32,000 nt of DNA from Polynucleobacter necessarius (lineage in GTDB: Bacteria; Pseudomonadota; Gammaproteobacteria; Burkholderiales; Burkholderiaceae), in NCBI RefSeq assembly GCF_900095195.1, contig NZ_LT606950.1:240001-272000 (forward strand), in the 5' to 3' direction. Below, in pieces: positions 1-9,149 of this stretch (positions within the stretch are counted from its first letter, which is position 1; each line of letters opens with the position of its first letter). The notes beneath the pieces are model-generated. The model was not told where the DNA came from. It searched no databases and worked only from the letters and a program-made list of their open reading frames with translations. The position numbers were made by a program, and so were the translations under genes.

Positions 1-846
1 ACGTTTGCTGTGGGTATTGGAATTCTTCAATTCTGCGCCCTTAGGAAAATGAATTACTTCTTTAGCGCTGTAGCTATTTTTGGCATGTTAATTTCTGTAT
101 TAGTTTTTAATTTGGTAAATATTAAAAATGCAGTCATTTATACCTCTGTATTGACAATAATTTTTTTAATTTCACTTGTGTTAAATTCCTGGAGAAAATT
201 ATTAAATAATAGTAAGCTCCTTAAACGCGCTTTTTTAGTGGCAGTCATTATTTGCGTCCCAATATTATTTTCGATTGATCAAAGTCTTGAAAAAAACTCA
301 GCTTGGAAAAGTTTTTTTCAAGATGTCAAGGTAGGGCAGCAGGTTGATTTATATGAAAAGTGGAAGGAATTTGGGGGCAATGGGTTTCCCGTTAATGAAA
401 ATGGCAAGGTGGTGTCAGTAACGGTTTACTATAGGACGGCGTGGGCGATTGTCGGTTCAAGAATGCTCATTGAGAACCCGTTGGGTTACGGATTAGTCTA
501 CCGATCATTTGCAAATTTGGGATTAAAGAAGTGGCCAAACTCTTCTCTTGATCAAGTTCATAGCGGGTGGCTTGACTTAGCTTTAGGGATTGGCGTGCCT
601 GGAATAATTTTAATTTTTACCGCATTTCTTCTCGTTCTATATCGGTTGCATACAATCTCGAAGTCGTCAAATATTGCGGATGATCAAGCTTTATTGGCTT
701 GCGTTTTGTCTTGGGGATTGTTTGCAATTTTTTTGACCTGGACAACTTCGGAAATTTCCCAAGGTATTAATTTAGTTCAACTTATCTTTTGGATTTGCTT
801 TGGAGTTGGCAGTACTATGACAAAAAAATACCTTTGTTATAGGTAA
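1..846 (+). CDS. O-antigen ligase / Wzy_C-family integral membrane protein, 5'-partial (continues left of window)
   Basis: The frame is open from nt 1. The protein is multi-pass and hydrophobic with a large hydrophilic loop. RTAWAIVGSRMLIENPLGYGL and HSGWLDLALGIGVPGIILIF resemble the loop Arg and His motifs of WaaL/Wzy_C proteins. This is a family-level call only. Confidence 0.55.
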   Translation, partial: TFAVGIGILQFCALRKMNYFFSAVAIFGMLISVLVFNLVNIKNAVIYTSVLTIIFLISLVLNSWRKLLNNSKLLKRAFLVAVIICVPILFSIDQSLEKNSAWKSFFQDVKVGQQVDLYEKWKEFGGNGFPVNENGKVVSVTVYYRTAWAIVGSRMLIENPLGYGLVYRSFANLGLKKWPNSSLDQVHSGWLDLALGIGVPGIILIFTAFLLVLYRLHTISKSSNIADDQALLACVLSWGLFAIFLTWTTSEISQGINLVQLIFWICFGVGSTMTKKYLCYR

Positions 847-933
847 ATTTTGGGACAAAATTACTCCAAGACGTTGCTACCCCATTAGGCTTTCACAATT
901 TTTCAACAAAATTTTACATATACAGGATAGCTT

Positions 934-1629
934 TTGAAAAGATTGGCAATTATTCCCGCGAGAGGTGGTAGTAAAAGGATACCAAAGAAGAATATTAGGC
1001 TATTTCATGGTAGACCTATGATTCTATGGGTACTGGAGCAAATTAGAGCATCCGATCAGTTTGATGTGATACACGTCTCAACCGATGACAAGGAAACACT
1101 TGAGTTGGTTAGTGCAGCAGGATTTTCGCCCGAATTTATGAGAAATCCAGAGGCTGCAACTGATAGCGCTCCATTGAGTGATGTGAAGAGATATGTATTA
1201 GAGAAATACAGTGAGAGAGGGTTTGAATTTGATATAGTAGGCATATTTTTTGCCACTGCTGTTTTCTTGGACAAAAATTGTATCTCGGATGCTCTTAAGC
1301 AGTTTGAAATTAATAATCAAGTCAATGAAATGATATCCGTAACAAAATTTTCGGTTCCAATTGAGTGGGCATTAAAAATGAACGGTAATGGAATATTGTT
1401 GCCGGTTGATAGTATTGGCATTACAAAAAGATCTCAGGATCTTCCGGTTTCATGGCACGAAACAGGGGAGTTTGTTTTATATAAGGAAAAATCATTCACT
1501 CTTGCACAACAAACCAGAACTTTAAAAGGTGGATATTCAGTGAACCACCTTTCAGTTGACATAGATACTCCTGAGGATTTGGTTAAGGCCGAACAACTTT
1601 TTTATTTAAAAAATCACATACCGCTATAA
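934..1629 (+). CDS. pseF: Pseudaminic acid cytidylyltransferase (CMP-nonulosonate synthetase family)
   Basis: TTG start with AGGA about 8-11 nt upstream. The N-terminus KRLAIIPARGGSKRIPKKN is the acylneuraminate cytidylyltransferase motif. Length is about 230 aa, and the gene sits with pseB/C/G/I. Confidence 0.8.
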   Translation: MKRLAIIPARGGSKRIPKKNIRLFHGRPMILWVLEQIRASDQFDVIHVSTDDKETLELVSAAGFSPEFMRNPEAATDSAPLSDVKRYVLEKYSERGFEFDIVGIFFATAVFLDKNCISDALKQFEINNQVNEMISVTKFSVPIEWALKMNGNGILLPVDSIGITKRSQDLPVSWHETGEFVLYKEKSFTLAQQTRTLKGGYSVNHLSVDIDTPEDLVKAEQLFYLKNHIPL

Positions 1630-1638
1630 TGGATCCAT

Positions 1639-2400
1639 ATGAACATGGAAGATAGTTTCAGTGGGAAAACAGTGCTTATTACTGGAGCCTCAGGTGGTAT
1701 TGGCTCCGCAATTGCATTATTTTTCGCATCCAAAGGAGCGAACTTAATATTATTGGGTCACGATAATTCTGCTCTGATGGAGTCGTTGTTATTTGAGGTA
1801 AAAAAATATGATGTTTCTGTTATTGATATCTTAGGCGATATTTCATCGCCAGTTTTTTGCGATGCCGTTAAATTCACCTCAATTCGGAATTTTAAAAAAG
1901 TTGATATTTTAGTAAACTGCGCTGGAATAATTACTAGAACTCCTTTTGAGCTCATGACCCTTGAAGAGTGGTCGTCTGTAATTAACGTAAACTTAAACGG
2001 CACTTTTAATATGTGTCAAAAATTTATGCCAGACATGGCAAAAAATAATTACGGAAGAGTTGTTAATATTACTTCTCAAATGGCCTTTTTGCCGCATCCT
2101 GGCGCTTCCCCTAGCTACGAAGCTACTAAAGCGGCAATAACCGCCTTCACTAGACATTTAGCAAGTATTTATGCTGGTAAGAATGTGTGTGTAAACTCCG
2201 TTGCGCCAGGTTCAATTAATACTCAACTGCCAAGATCTATGCCTCCCGATGTTAGAAAGGCCTTGGAGCAAAGGATTCCCATGTCAAGACTTGGGGAGCC
2301 TGAGGAGGTGGCTAGTGTTGTTGGATTTCTTTGTTCGGATTCAGCGTCCTACATTACCGGCACTACTATTCACGTAAATGGCGGGACCTTGATGACATAA
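1639..2400 (+). CDS. Short-chain dehydrogenase/reductase (FabG-like 3-oxoacyl reductase family)
   Basis: [18 protein letters not shown] (TGxxxGxG), the YEATKAA (YxxxK) catalytic motif, and the C-terminal [11 protein letters not shown] typical of classical SDRs. Confidence 0.85.
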   Translation: MNMEDSFSGKTVLITGASGGIGSAIALFFASKGANLILLGHDNSALMESLLFEVKKYDVSVIDILGDISSPVFCDAVKFTSIRNFKKVDILVNCAGIITRTPFELMTLEEWSSVINVNLNGTFNMCQKFMPDMAKNNYGRVVNITSQMAFLPHPGASPSYEATKAAITAFTRHLASIYAGKNVCVNSVAPGSINTQLPRSMPPDVRKALEQRIPMSRLGEPEEVASVVGFLCSDSASYITGTTIHVNGGTLMT

Positions 2401-2419
2401 TTTCTGGGGGTGGGGTAAC

Positions 2420-2686
2420 TTGATAAACGTGCGAGAAAAGCTAATTGAATTATTGAAAGAAGCTGGCGTGGTTAATTTTGGAAATAATGTTGATAACTTT
2501 AATTTTATTGACGATGCTGGTTTGGATTCATTTGAAATAATAAATATTATCTCAGATATAGAATCTATTTTAGGCGCTGAATTACCTATGCATGAGCTTG
2601 AAAAAACGGGCTCGCATACCATTTCTGGTTTTGTTAAAGTCGCCGAAGGGGTTATTAGGAGAATTGATGGGGGTAATCTACGATGA
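2420..2686 (+). CDS. Acyl carrier protein-like carrier protein
   Basis: 88 aa. DDAGLDSFEIINIISDIESILG matches the phosphopantetheine attachment motif (Ser codon at 2528-2530). A G-rich SD (ggggtgggg) lies just upstream of the TTG start. Confidence 0.75.
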   Translation: MINVREKLIELLKEAGVVNFGNNVDNFNFIDDAGLDSFEIINIISDIESILGAELPMHELEKTGSHTISGFVKVAEGVIRRIDGGNLR

Positions 2687-4184
2687 ATTATTGCGGGGAT
2701 CAAATAGAACTCCTAACAAAATTGCAGTTATCACTGCAGAAAATATTTCGATTACCTATTCAGAGTTGTGCCTTCTCGTAAGAAAGAGGGCTAATCGGCT
2801 ATTAAAGCTAATCGATTTTAGAAGTGGCGATAATTGCTGTGTTGCGATATTGTATCGAGATGAGTGCGAACAATTAATTACAGTTTTGGCGTTAAATGCC
2901 TGTAATCTCTTTATAGCCCCTATAAATCCAGAGCTAATAGATAGTCAAGTCAAATTGGCCGTTGAATCGGTAGAGGCCAATTACCTTTTGCATGATCTTC
3001 CATATGAACTAGATAATCTTGACATATTATCATTTCAATGCAGAGTCGAAGATGACAGAGCTGAGAATGAAGCAGAGGTGAGGGTTGAGTCCTGTGACTA
3101 CAGCAACTTTTTGGTTACCTTGTCTTCTGGCTCAACGGGTAATCCAAAGCCAATAGTCTTCTCCGAAAAGGCCAAGATTATGCGTTTTATGCATGCAAAA
3201 AATACTTATATGTTGAGCGAAAATGATGTTGTTTTATGTGCATCACCTTTTCACCACTCATTAGGTCAAAGACTTACTTTTTTACCATTATTGTTAGGTG
3301 GGACACTTGTATTCCTAAGAAAATTCTCAAAAGAAACTTGGTACAGCAAAGTCAAGGAGGCAAAAGTTTCATTTACAATAGCCGTCTCCTCCCATCTTAA
3401 TTCCTTGCAAGATGATTTTTTTGAATTTATATCAAAGGGCTCTGATCTAAGAGCGCTTGTTTCATCCTCTGCATTTATTGACGACGAAACCAAAGAGAGA
3501 TTTTTTGCAATATCTAACTTTGATTTTTATGAAATGTACGGAGCATCTGAAGTCGGCACTGCAACAAATTTAAATAAAAATGATCATGTAAGCAAGCGAG
3601 GTTCTGTGGGAAGAGCCTGTGAAAATGTAATTATTGAAATTGTAGATGAACATAAAAAAAGGATTGAAACGCCTTTATCAGTAGGGGAAATAAAAATTAA
3701 ATCCAACACGATTTGTGAAGGTTATTTTAATAGAGACGATCTGAATAGGGAAACGTTTGTAGATGGATACTTTTACACCGGTGATTTGGGTTACCTGGAT
3801 AGAGATGGGTATCTGTACTTTGTAGACAGAAAGAAAGACCTCATCATAACTGGAGGTAGCAATATTTACCCTTCTGATATCGAGGAGGTAATTAGACAGA
3901 TAGAGGGGATTATTGATTGTTGTGTAGTAGGATTTGAGGACAAATATTTGGTTGAGGTACCAGTAGCATTTGTTATTGCACGTGGATCAAAGGTTGAAAT
4001 AGAGCAAAAAATTAGAAAACATGTCAGAAAGAATTTATCCCCATTTCAGAGACCAATTGGATATGCTTTTTATGAATCATTTCCAGTTAATGCCACCGGA
4101 AAACTTGATAAGAAATTACTCAGGGAGCAGGCAAAGCAAAATTTTTCTTCTATAAGCAAAAAATATTTAGCACTCAAAAAATGA
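2667..4184 (+). CDS. ANL-superfamily adenylating enzyme (acyl-CoA/acyl-carrier-protein ligase)
   Basis: TLSSGSTGNPKPIV, YGASEVG and YTGDLGYLDRDGYLYFVDRKKDLIITGGSNIYP are the AMP-binding core motifs. I place the start at ATG 2667 (MGVIYDELL...), which overlaps the ACP 3' end by 20 nt, rather than at the ORF-track start 2592, which lies deep inside the ACP gene. Confidence 0.85.
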   Translation: MGVIYDELLRGSNRTPNKIAVITAENISITYSELCLLVRKRANRLLKLIDFRSGDNCCVAILYRDECEQLITVLALNACNLFIAPINPELIDSQVKLAVESVEANYLLHDLPYELDNLDILSFQCRVEDDRAENEAEVRVESCDYSNFLVTLSSGSTGNPKPIVFSEKAKIMRFMHAKNTYMLSENDVVLCASPFHHSLGQRLTFLPLLLGGTLVFLRKFSKETWYSKVKEAKVSFTIAVSSHLNSLQDDFFEFISKGSDLRALVSSSAFIDDETKERFFAISNFDFYEMYGASEVGTATNLNKNDHVSKRGSVGRACENVIIEIVDEHKKRIETPLSVGEIKIKSNTICEGYFNRDDLNRETFVDGYFYTGDLGYLDRDGYLYFVDRKKDLIITGGSNIYPSDIEEVIRQIEGIIDCCVVGFEDKYLVEVPVAFVIARGSKVEIEQKIRKHVRKNLSPFQRPIGYAFYESFPVNATGKLDKKLLREQAKQNFSSISKKYLALKK

Positions 4185-5779
4185 TCGTATTTAGAGTTAA
4201 TGGATCAAATAGTTCAGGTATTGGACACATTAAGAGGGCAATCAAGTTAGCAAATTCACTCAAAAAAAAATACAAGATTGTTTTTTTGGTGGATGCTATA
4301 CAAAATCTTCCAAGACATTTTGTACCTTCATCATTCAAAATTGTTGAGGTTTATCCTCAAAAGTCGCAATATATCTCCGAGGAAGGGGACGCTAACTTAT
4401 GTATAAATATATTAGAAAGCGAATCAAAAATTAGTGCAGTTGTGGTTGATGACTATAGATTTAGTAAAGTCTGGGAAAAAATTATAAGAAAAAATTTAAC
4501 TCCAAACTTATGTGCATTTGATGATAGAGGGGACGTTGAGCATTGCTGCTCAGTTCTTGTTGACTCAAAATATGATGGTAGGGGAAGCAGCACGAGGTAT
4601 GAAGGCAAAACAAATCCTGAGTGTATAAAACTGCTTGGACCAAATTATTTTTTCTCACCCCAAAGAGTAAAAGATGAATATGATGATAACCGAGACAAAA
4701 GGTCAGTATTAATTACTTTGGGTGGTGGAGGTAATTTAGAAATAATGCTCCCAGTTATTAATAAATTACTCGACGATATTGATCGTGAGGAATTAAAAAA
4801 AATATATCTAATAGAGGGGCCATTTTCAGAAAATGCAGAAAAAATAAAAAGAATCATCAAAGATAGTAGGCTGATAATAATCAAGAATGCACCAGATCTT
4901 ACTGAGTATTTAACGGATGTATCAGTGTATATAGGCAGTTCAGGCACTACGCTATTCGAGGCATTATCACTAGGCTGTTCTTGCCTCTCATTTTCAATAG
5001 CTCAAAATCAACTAAATGATAAAAAAAATCTTGAAGATTTGGGACATTATTTTCATATCAATAATTTTGAAAATTGTAATAAAAATGATTTTGCTTTGCT
5101 TTGCAAGAATTTCTACTTGAAAAGAGAGCGCATCAAGGAGTTGCAAAAGAGCGCGAATGTAAAATTAGATGAGTTTGGTGTTGAAAGGGTTTCTAATCAA
5201 CTGCAAACTCTTATAAGAGGCGACGATAAAGTAGTCCCTATGCAACATAAATATAAAGAGAAAGATAAAAAAGGAGCATTTAGTAAGAAAAATGATAAAT
5301 CTTTTAGAAAGATTAACGATAAAGATGTAAATGCATATTTATACGCAAGAAATTTAAAAAAAAATTCAGACAATATGACAATTAATTCATTGATACCTGA
5401 AGTGGAGCATTACAATTGGTGGTTAACAAATGAAAGAGAATCTTATGTGATGGAGCATAATGGCAAACCAATTTTATACATATGGCACCAAACAAAAATA
5501 GTGGATTCTGAGCTTTACTTATTTGGTGGCTGGTTTATTGCTAGTGAAAAAATATCTCCTTTAGATGTCATGTTGGCGTTAAAATACCAGCTTAATCTGA
5601 CAAATAAAACATACCCTAATGTAACATGGTTGGCGATAATAAAAAAGACAAACAAATTTGTTAAAAAATTAAACGAAAAATATGGATTTAAAATGACCTC
5701 AAATGAAAAATTTGAAATTGCTATAGAAAAAATATTTAATAAGGTTGATAAAAACAGTTTTGACTTTTATTATAAATAA
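4181..5779 (+). CDS. pseG: UDP-2,4-diacetamido-2,4,6-trideoxy-beta-L-altropyranose hydrolase (PseG) fused to a C-terminal GNAT/PseH-like domain
   Basis: The N-terminus IVFRVNGSNSSGIGHIKRAIKLANSL and IGSSGTTLFEALSLGCSCLSF match the PseG GT-B-like fold. A Lys-rich linker follows, then about 150 aa (EVEHYNWWLTNE...KKLNEKYGFKM) resembling PseH-type acetyltransferases. ATGA overlap with the upstream gene. Confidence 0.7.
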   Translation: MIVFRVNGSNSSGIGHIKRAIKLANSLKKKYKIVFLVDAIQNLPRHFVPSSFKIVEVYPQKSQYISEEGDANLCINILESESKISAVVVDDYRFSKVWEKIIRKNLTPNLCAFDDRGDVEHCCSVLVDSKYDGRGSSTRYEGKTNPECIKLLGPNYFFSPQRVKDEYDDNRDKRSVLITLGGGGNLEIMLPVINKLLDDIDREELKKIYLIEGPFSENAEKIKRIIKDSRLIIIKNAPDLTEYLTDVSVYIGSSGTTLFEALSLGCSCLSFSIAQNQLNDKKNLEDLGHYFHINNFENCNKNDFALLCKNFYLKRERIKELQKSANVKLDEFGVERVSNQLQTLIRGDDKVVPMQHKYKEKDKKGAFSKKNDKSFRKINDKDVNAYLYARNLKKNSDNMTINSLIPEVEHYNWWLTNERESYVMEHNGKPILYIWHQTKIVDSELYLFGGWFIASEKISPLDVMLALKYQLNLTNKTYPNVTWLAIIKKTNKFVKKLNEKYGFKMTSNEKFEIAIEKIFNKVDKNSFDFYYK

Positions 5780-7461
5780 TGCCAATAAAGTTACTAAAAA
5801 TATTAGGTAAGAAATGGTTGAGAAAATATATTATTCTCATGTTTGGCTTGTCATTAGCATCGCTACTTGAGGTTTTATCAATAATTACTGTTTATCCATT
5901 TTTAAAAAAGCTAATTTCATCAAATGAAAATAATTTAAATTCTGAATATTTTAGTATCCAAAACTTGAGTTTAGTATTTTGCCTTATTGTAACGACATCA
6001 GCCTTATTCAGGATTTATATAAATAAATTTCAGGGTAGAGTTGGATTTGGAATCGGGGAAGAGATATCGGATCGAATCTATAAAAATTTAATTTATTCTG
6101 ATTATCATGACTATGAAAACATGGGGATCGATAGATTTGTAACCTCTATCTTAAAAAAATCCGACATCATTGCCCAACAGCACATACTACCGTATTTGAA
6201 CTTATTTGTAAACACATTAATATGTATAGGAATTGCGATTATTTTAATTTATATTAATTTAGTAATATCTTTTTATATTTTTTTATTTATTGGAATTTGT
6301 TACTCTACCATTTCACTCATTAACCGCGAAAAAATTATTAATTCCGGAAAATTAGTATCTAGATGTCTATCTAGCATTAATCAGATATTAAATATTACTT
6401 ATGAAGGTTTTATTGAGAATAAAATTTATAGAAATGAGAAATTCTTCCAATCAAAATTTGAACTATTAAATAAGGAATTGAATGAAAATTTAAGAAAAAT
6501 AGATTTTCTTAGAATTTATCCAAGATTTCTAATTGAAAGTTTGGGGGTGGTTTTTCTTTGCCTTATGGGGTACTATTTGCTACTCAATGGAGAACGGATG
6601 GATGTGGTTTTGCCGATGTTGGGAACAGTTGCATTCAGCGCGCAAAGAATGATTCCATCCGCGCAACAAATATATTATTCATGGAGTGCAATTAAATCCT
6701 CAAAGTATATATGCGAAGAAATAATTGATTATCTAAAAATTAAACAGGAAGATTTATCGGAAGAAATTTATCCTCTGCAGCATATAGAAAAAATTCATTT
6801 TGAAAATGTCAAATATAAATTTGAGGGTGAAAATAATTCAATATTACACAATATTAATTTCAGATTTAAAAAAGGCGAGAGAATAGGAATCATTGGCCAA
6901 TCTGGTTCAGGAAAGTCAACTCTATTAAGGCTTTTAATTGGAATATTGAATCCATCAAGTGGAAAAATCACCTTAAACCAAGGTATTAATTTAAGTGAAA
7001 ACAAGAGATTTCTTTGGAGTAGAATTTCATACATATCGCAGAAGATGACTCTCTTCCCAGGAACAATAGCAGATAATATAGCACCCGAATTAGCTTCAAT
7101 TCACCAATCTATGAGTAGGATTGAAAATGCTGCTAAATCTGCCAAGATATCTAGTTTTGTTGAAGGTTTGCCTTGTAAATATCAAACCAAAGTTGGTGGA
7201 AGTTCTTTTTTACCATCGCCGGGTCAAATCCAAAGAATCATTTTGGCAAGAGCACTATACAGAGAGCCTGAAATATTGATTTTGGATGAATTTACAAGCG
7301 CCCTAGATGCATCAACAGAGATAGCCATAATATCTGAAATATTAGATCTATTTAAAGACAAGTCAATCTTGATGGTGAGCCATAAGAAATCGACGTTGAA
7401 TTTGTGTGATAAGGTTTATGTAATTAAAGATGGAAATATTGAACTATTGTATGAAAAATAA
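5779..7461 (+). CDS. ABC exporter, fused permease-ATPase (PglK/MsbA-like)
   Basis: Six predicted TM helices, then Walker A GQSGSGKST, signature-like PSPGQIQRI (a degenerate LSGGQ), Walker B ILILDEFTSALD and H-loop MVSHK. PRFLIESLGVVFLCL and SAQRMIPSAQQIY parallel the PglK segments as I recall them. The start overlaps the pseG stop (TAATG). Confidence 0.85.
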   Translation: MPIKLLKILGKKWLRKYIILMFGLSLASLLEVLSIITVYPFLKKLISSNENNLNSEYFSIQNLSLVFCLIVTTSALFRIYINKFQGRVGFGIGEEISDRIYKNLIYSDYHDYENMGIDRFVTSILKKSDIIAQQHILPYLNLFVNTLICIGIAIILIYINLVISFYIFLFIGICYSTISLINREKIINSGKLVSRCLSSINQILNITYEGFIENKIYRNEKFFQSKFELLNKELNENLRKIDFLRIYPRFLIESLGVVFLCLMGYYLLLNGERMDVVLPMLGTVAFSAQRMIPSAQQIYYSWSAIKSSKYICEEIIDYLKIKQEDLSEEIYPLQHIEKIHFENVKYKFEGENNSILHNINFRFKKGERIGIIGQSGSGKSTLLRLLIGILNPSSGKITLNQGINLSENKRFLWSRISYISQKMTLFPGTIADNIAPELASIHQSMSRIENAAKSAKISSFVEGLPCKYQTKVGGSSFLPSPGQIQRIILARALYREPEILILDEFTSALDASTEIAIISEILDLFKDKSILMVSHKKSTLNLCDKVYVIKDGNIELLYEK

Positions 7462-8086
7462 ATTTCAGAATGCGGGGTACGTTGAGCCTTTTTGTCCTGT
7501 TTATTTAAGAAAATTCATTGCTCGATGGATTAATGGTGGTGAAATCTTGGATTATGGTTGTGGGTACGGAGGGTGGACAAAAAAAATTAAGGAAATTTTC
7601 CCAAAATCATCTATATCAGCATTTGATATAGATGCTCAGGCGATGATGAGTACTGAAGAGAGCTTAAATATTTTGAATAAATTTAGTCGAGATAAATTAT
7701 ATGACGCAATATTTTTGAATTTTGTAGTTGATGTTATTGATAATGATGCAGAGGTAATTCAAGTTCTTGCAGATATAAATAGCCTGTTAAAACCTGGCGG
7801 CAGAGCGATAATAATGTATACGCCTTACGAAAAATATTCCCTCAGATGGATTTTTTATAGGCTTAATTCACTTAATGTTAAAGAATGGCATGATAAATAT
7901 CGATTCCAGAGGGTTTATTATAGCTCTAATGAACTATTTAATATAATTGAGAATTCTGGGTTCAAAATTTTAGACATTATTAAACCCAGATTTTTTCACA
8001 AATCTGGAGTATTGCTAAATAGAGTGCTTCAAATATTGCCCATTTACTTTCATTCACTGATAGTGTTTTCGGTTGAGAAAAGGTAA
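7430..8086 (+). CDS. Class I SAM-dependent methyltransferase
   Basis: ILDYGCGYGGWT (motif I) and LKPGGRAIIM (post-I/II). An alternative start at ATG 7451 cannot be excluded. Confidence 0.75.
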   Translation: MEILNYCMKNKFQNAGYVEPFCPVYLRKFIARWINGGEILDYGCGYGGWTKKIKEIFPKSSISAFDIDAQAMMSTEESLNILNKFSRDKLYDAIFLNFVVDVIDNDAEVIQVLADINSLLKPGGRAIIMYTPYEKYSLRWIFYRLNSLNVKEWHDKYRFQRVYYSSNELFNIIENSGFKILDIIKPRFFHKSGVLLNRVLQILPIYFHSLIVFSVEKR

Positions 8087-8090
8087 AATT

Positions 8091-9113
8091 GTGCTATCTA
8101 TTAAAATTAGCCCTAAATTTTTCTTTTTATTCTTTTTTTTAGTTTTAAATATATGTTTATTTTATAAAACACCCATAGATAAAATTGACTTTAGGGAGCT
8201 TTTTAAATTATTATTTCCAACCCTCTCAATTTTTTTTGCATTATTTCTTAATTATCAACAATTAAAATTTCTTTTTAAGATACTATTTGTTGTCTTATTG
8301 ACCCATATCGCATTATCATTTTTATTTGAATTTATTTTTAATGCCTCAATTTTTTCCAAAAGCAGCGATAATAGGTACTATCTAACCCTTTTGGGTAGAA
8401 GCGCTGGAGAAACTGCTTTAGCATTTTATGTGCTTTACGTTTCAACTTTTTATTTTATGATTTTTAATAATTCTCTTGAAAAGAACAAAAATACCTTATT
8501 GTTTCTATTTTTTATGGTCATTAATGTCTGTATCTTAACGCAATCAAGAACCTGGATTCTCGTTTTTGCAATATTTTTTTCCTTAGTGTCCATAATGGGG
8601 AATTTAAATAATTATAAAAAATTTATACTCTACAAATCAAAAATTATTATATTATATTCGATTGTTACTACGATAAATATCGTATATACAGGCTACTTTA
8701 ATATTTTATCGCAAAGGATGTCGCATTCATTATTGTCCGGCAGGGTTGAAATTTGGCAAGAATATCAAAAATCGGTGGGTAAATTAAGTCCTGTTGAGTT
8801 TTTAGTTGGTAAAAGTCTTGAGCGTAAAACTCTCAAAAATGAAGATAAGGGTATAGAAACTTCCGATACGCACAATATGTTTATTGATATTTCGCAGACT
8901 TATGGGATCTTAGGTTGTATTTTATTGATTTTTTCTTACTTAATTTCGATTTTTAAAAGCCAGCCTAATTTATCCTTACCAATCATTATTGCATTTTGCA
9001 TAACGGGTTTCGTTATGAGTCCATTTAAAGTTCCGTATTTATTTTATACAAATATTTTATTGCTTATAATTCCACTTCTTTACCATCGTAGGGTTTCTCA
9101 CCCACACCCTTAG
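8091..9113 (+). CDS. O-antigen polymerase/ligase-like (Wzy_C) polytopic membrane protein
   Basis: About 10 hydrophobic segments, extremely AT-rich. QSRTWILVFAIFF and SDTHNMFIDISQTYGILGCILLIF resemble Wzy_C loop motifs. I prefer GTG 8091 (SD-like gagaaaagg upstream, no overlap) over the ORF-track TTG 8073. Confidence 0.55.
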   Translation: MLSIKISPKFFFLFFFLVLNICLFYKTPIDKIDFRELFKLLFPTLSIFFALFLNYQQLKFLFKILFVVLLTHIALSFLFEFIFNASIFSKSSDNRYYLTLLGRSAGETALAFYVLYVSTFYFMIFNNSLEKNKNTLLFLFFMVINVCILTQSRTWILVFAIFFSLVSIMGNLNNYKKFILYKSKIIILYSIVTTINIVYTGYFNILSQRMSHSLLSGRVEIWQEYQKSVGKLSPVEFLVGKSLERKTLKNEDKGIETSDTHNMFIDISQTYGILGCILLIFSYLISIFKSQPNLSLPIIIAFCITGFVMSPFKVPYLFYTNILLLIIPLLYHRRVSHPHP

Positions 9114-9149
9114 TGTATAATTTATTTTTTATTAGCTGGATTAATATTC

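Noticed and set aside
847-933. Possible promoter upstream of pseF (ttcaca-N17-tacata).
   Set aside because: Both hexamers match the consensus poorly (about 3-4 of 6). The upstream ligase-like gene is on the same strand, so read-through is equally plausible.
2592-2666. ORF-track start at 2592 for the adenylating enzyme, an extra 25 codons overlapping the ACP gene by 95 nt.
   Set aside because: The extension is simply the ACP gene read in another frame. ATG 2667 gives a normal ANL N-terminus (MGVIYDELL...NKIAVI) and a typical short overlap.
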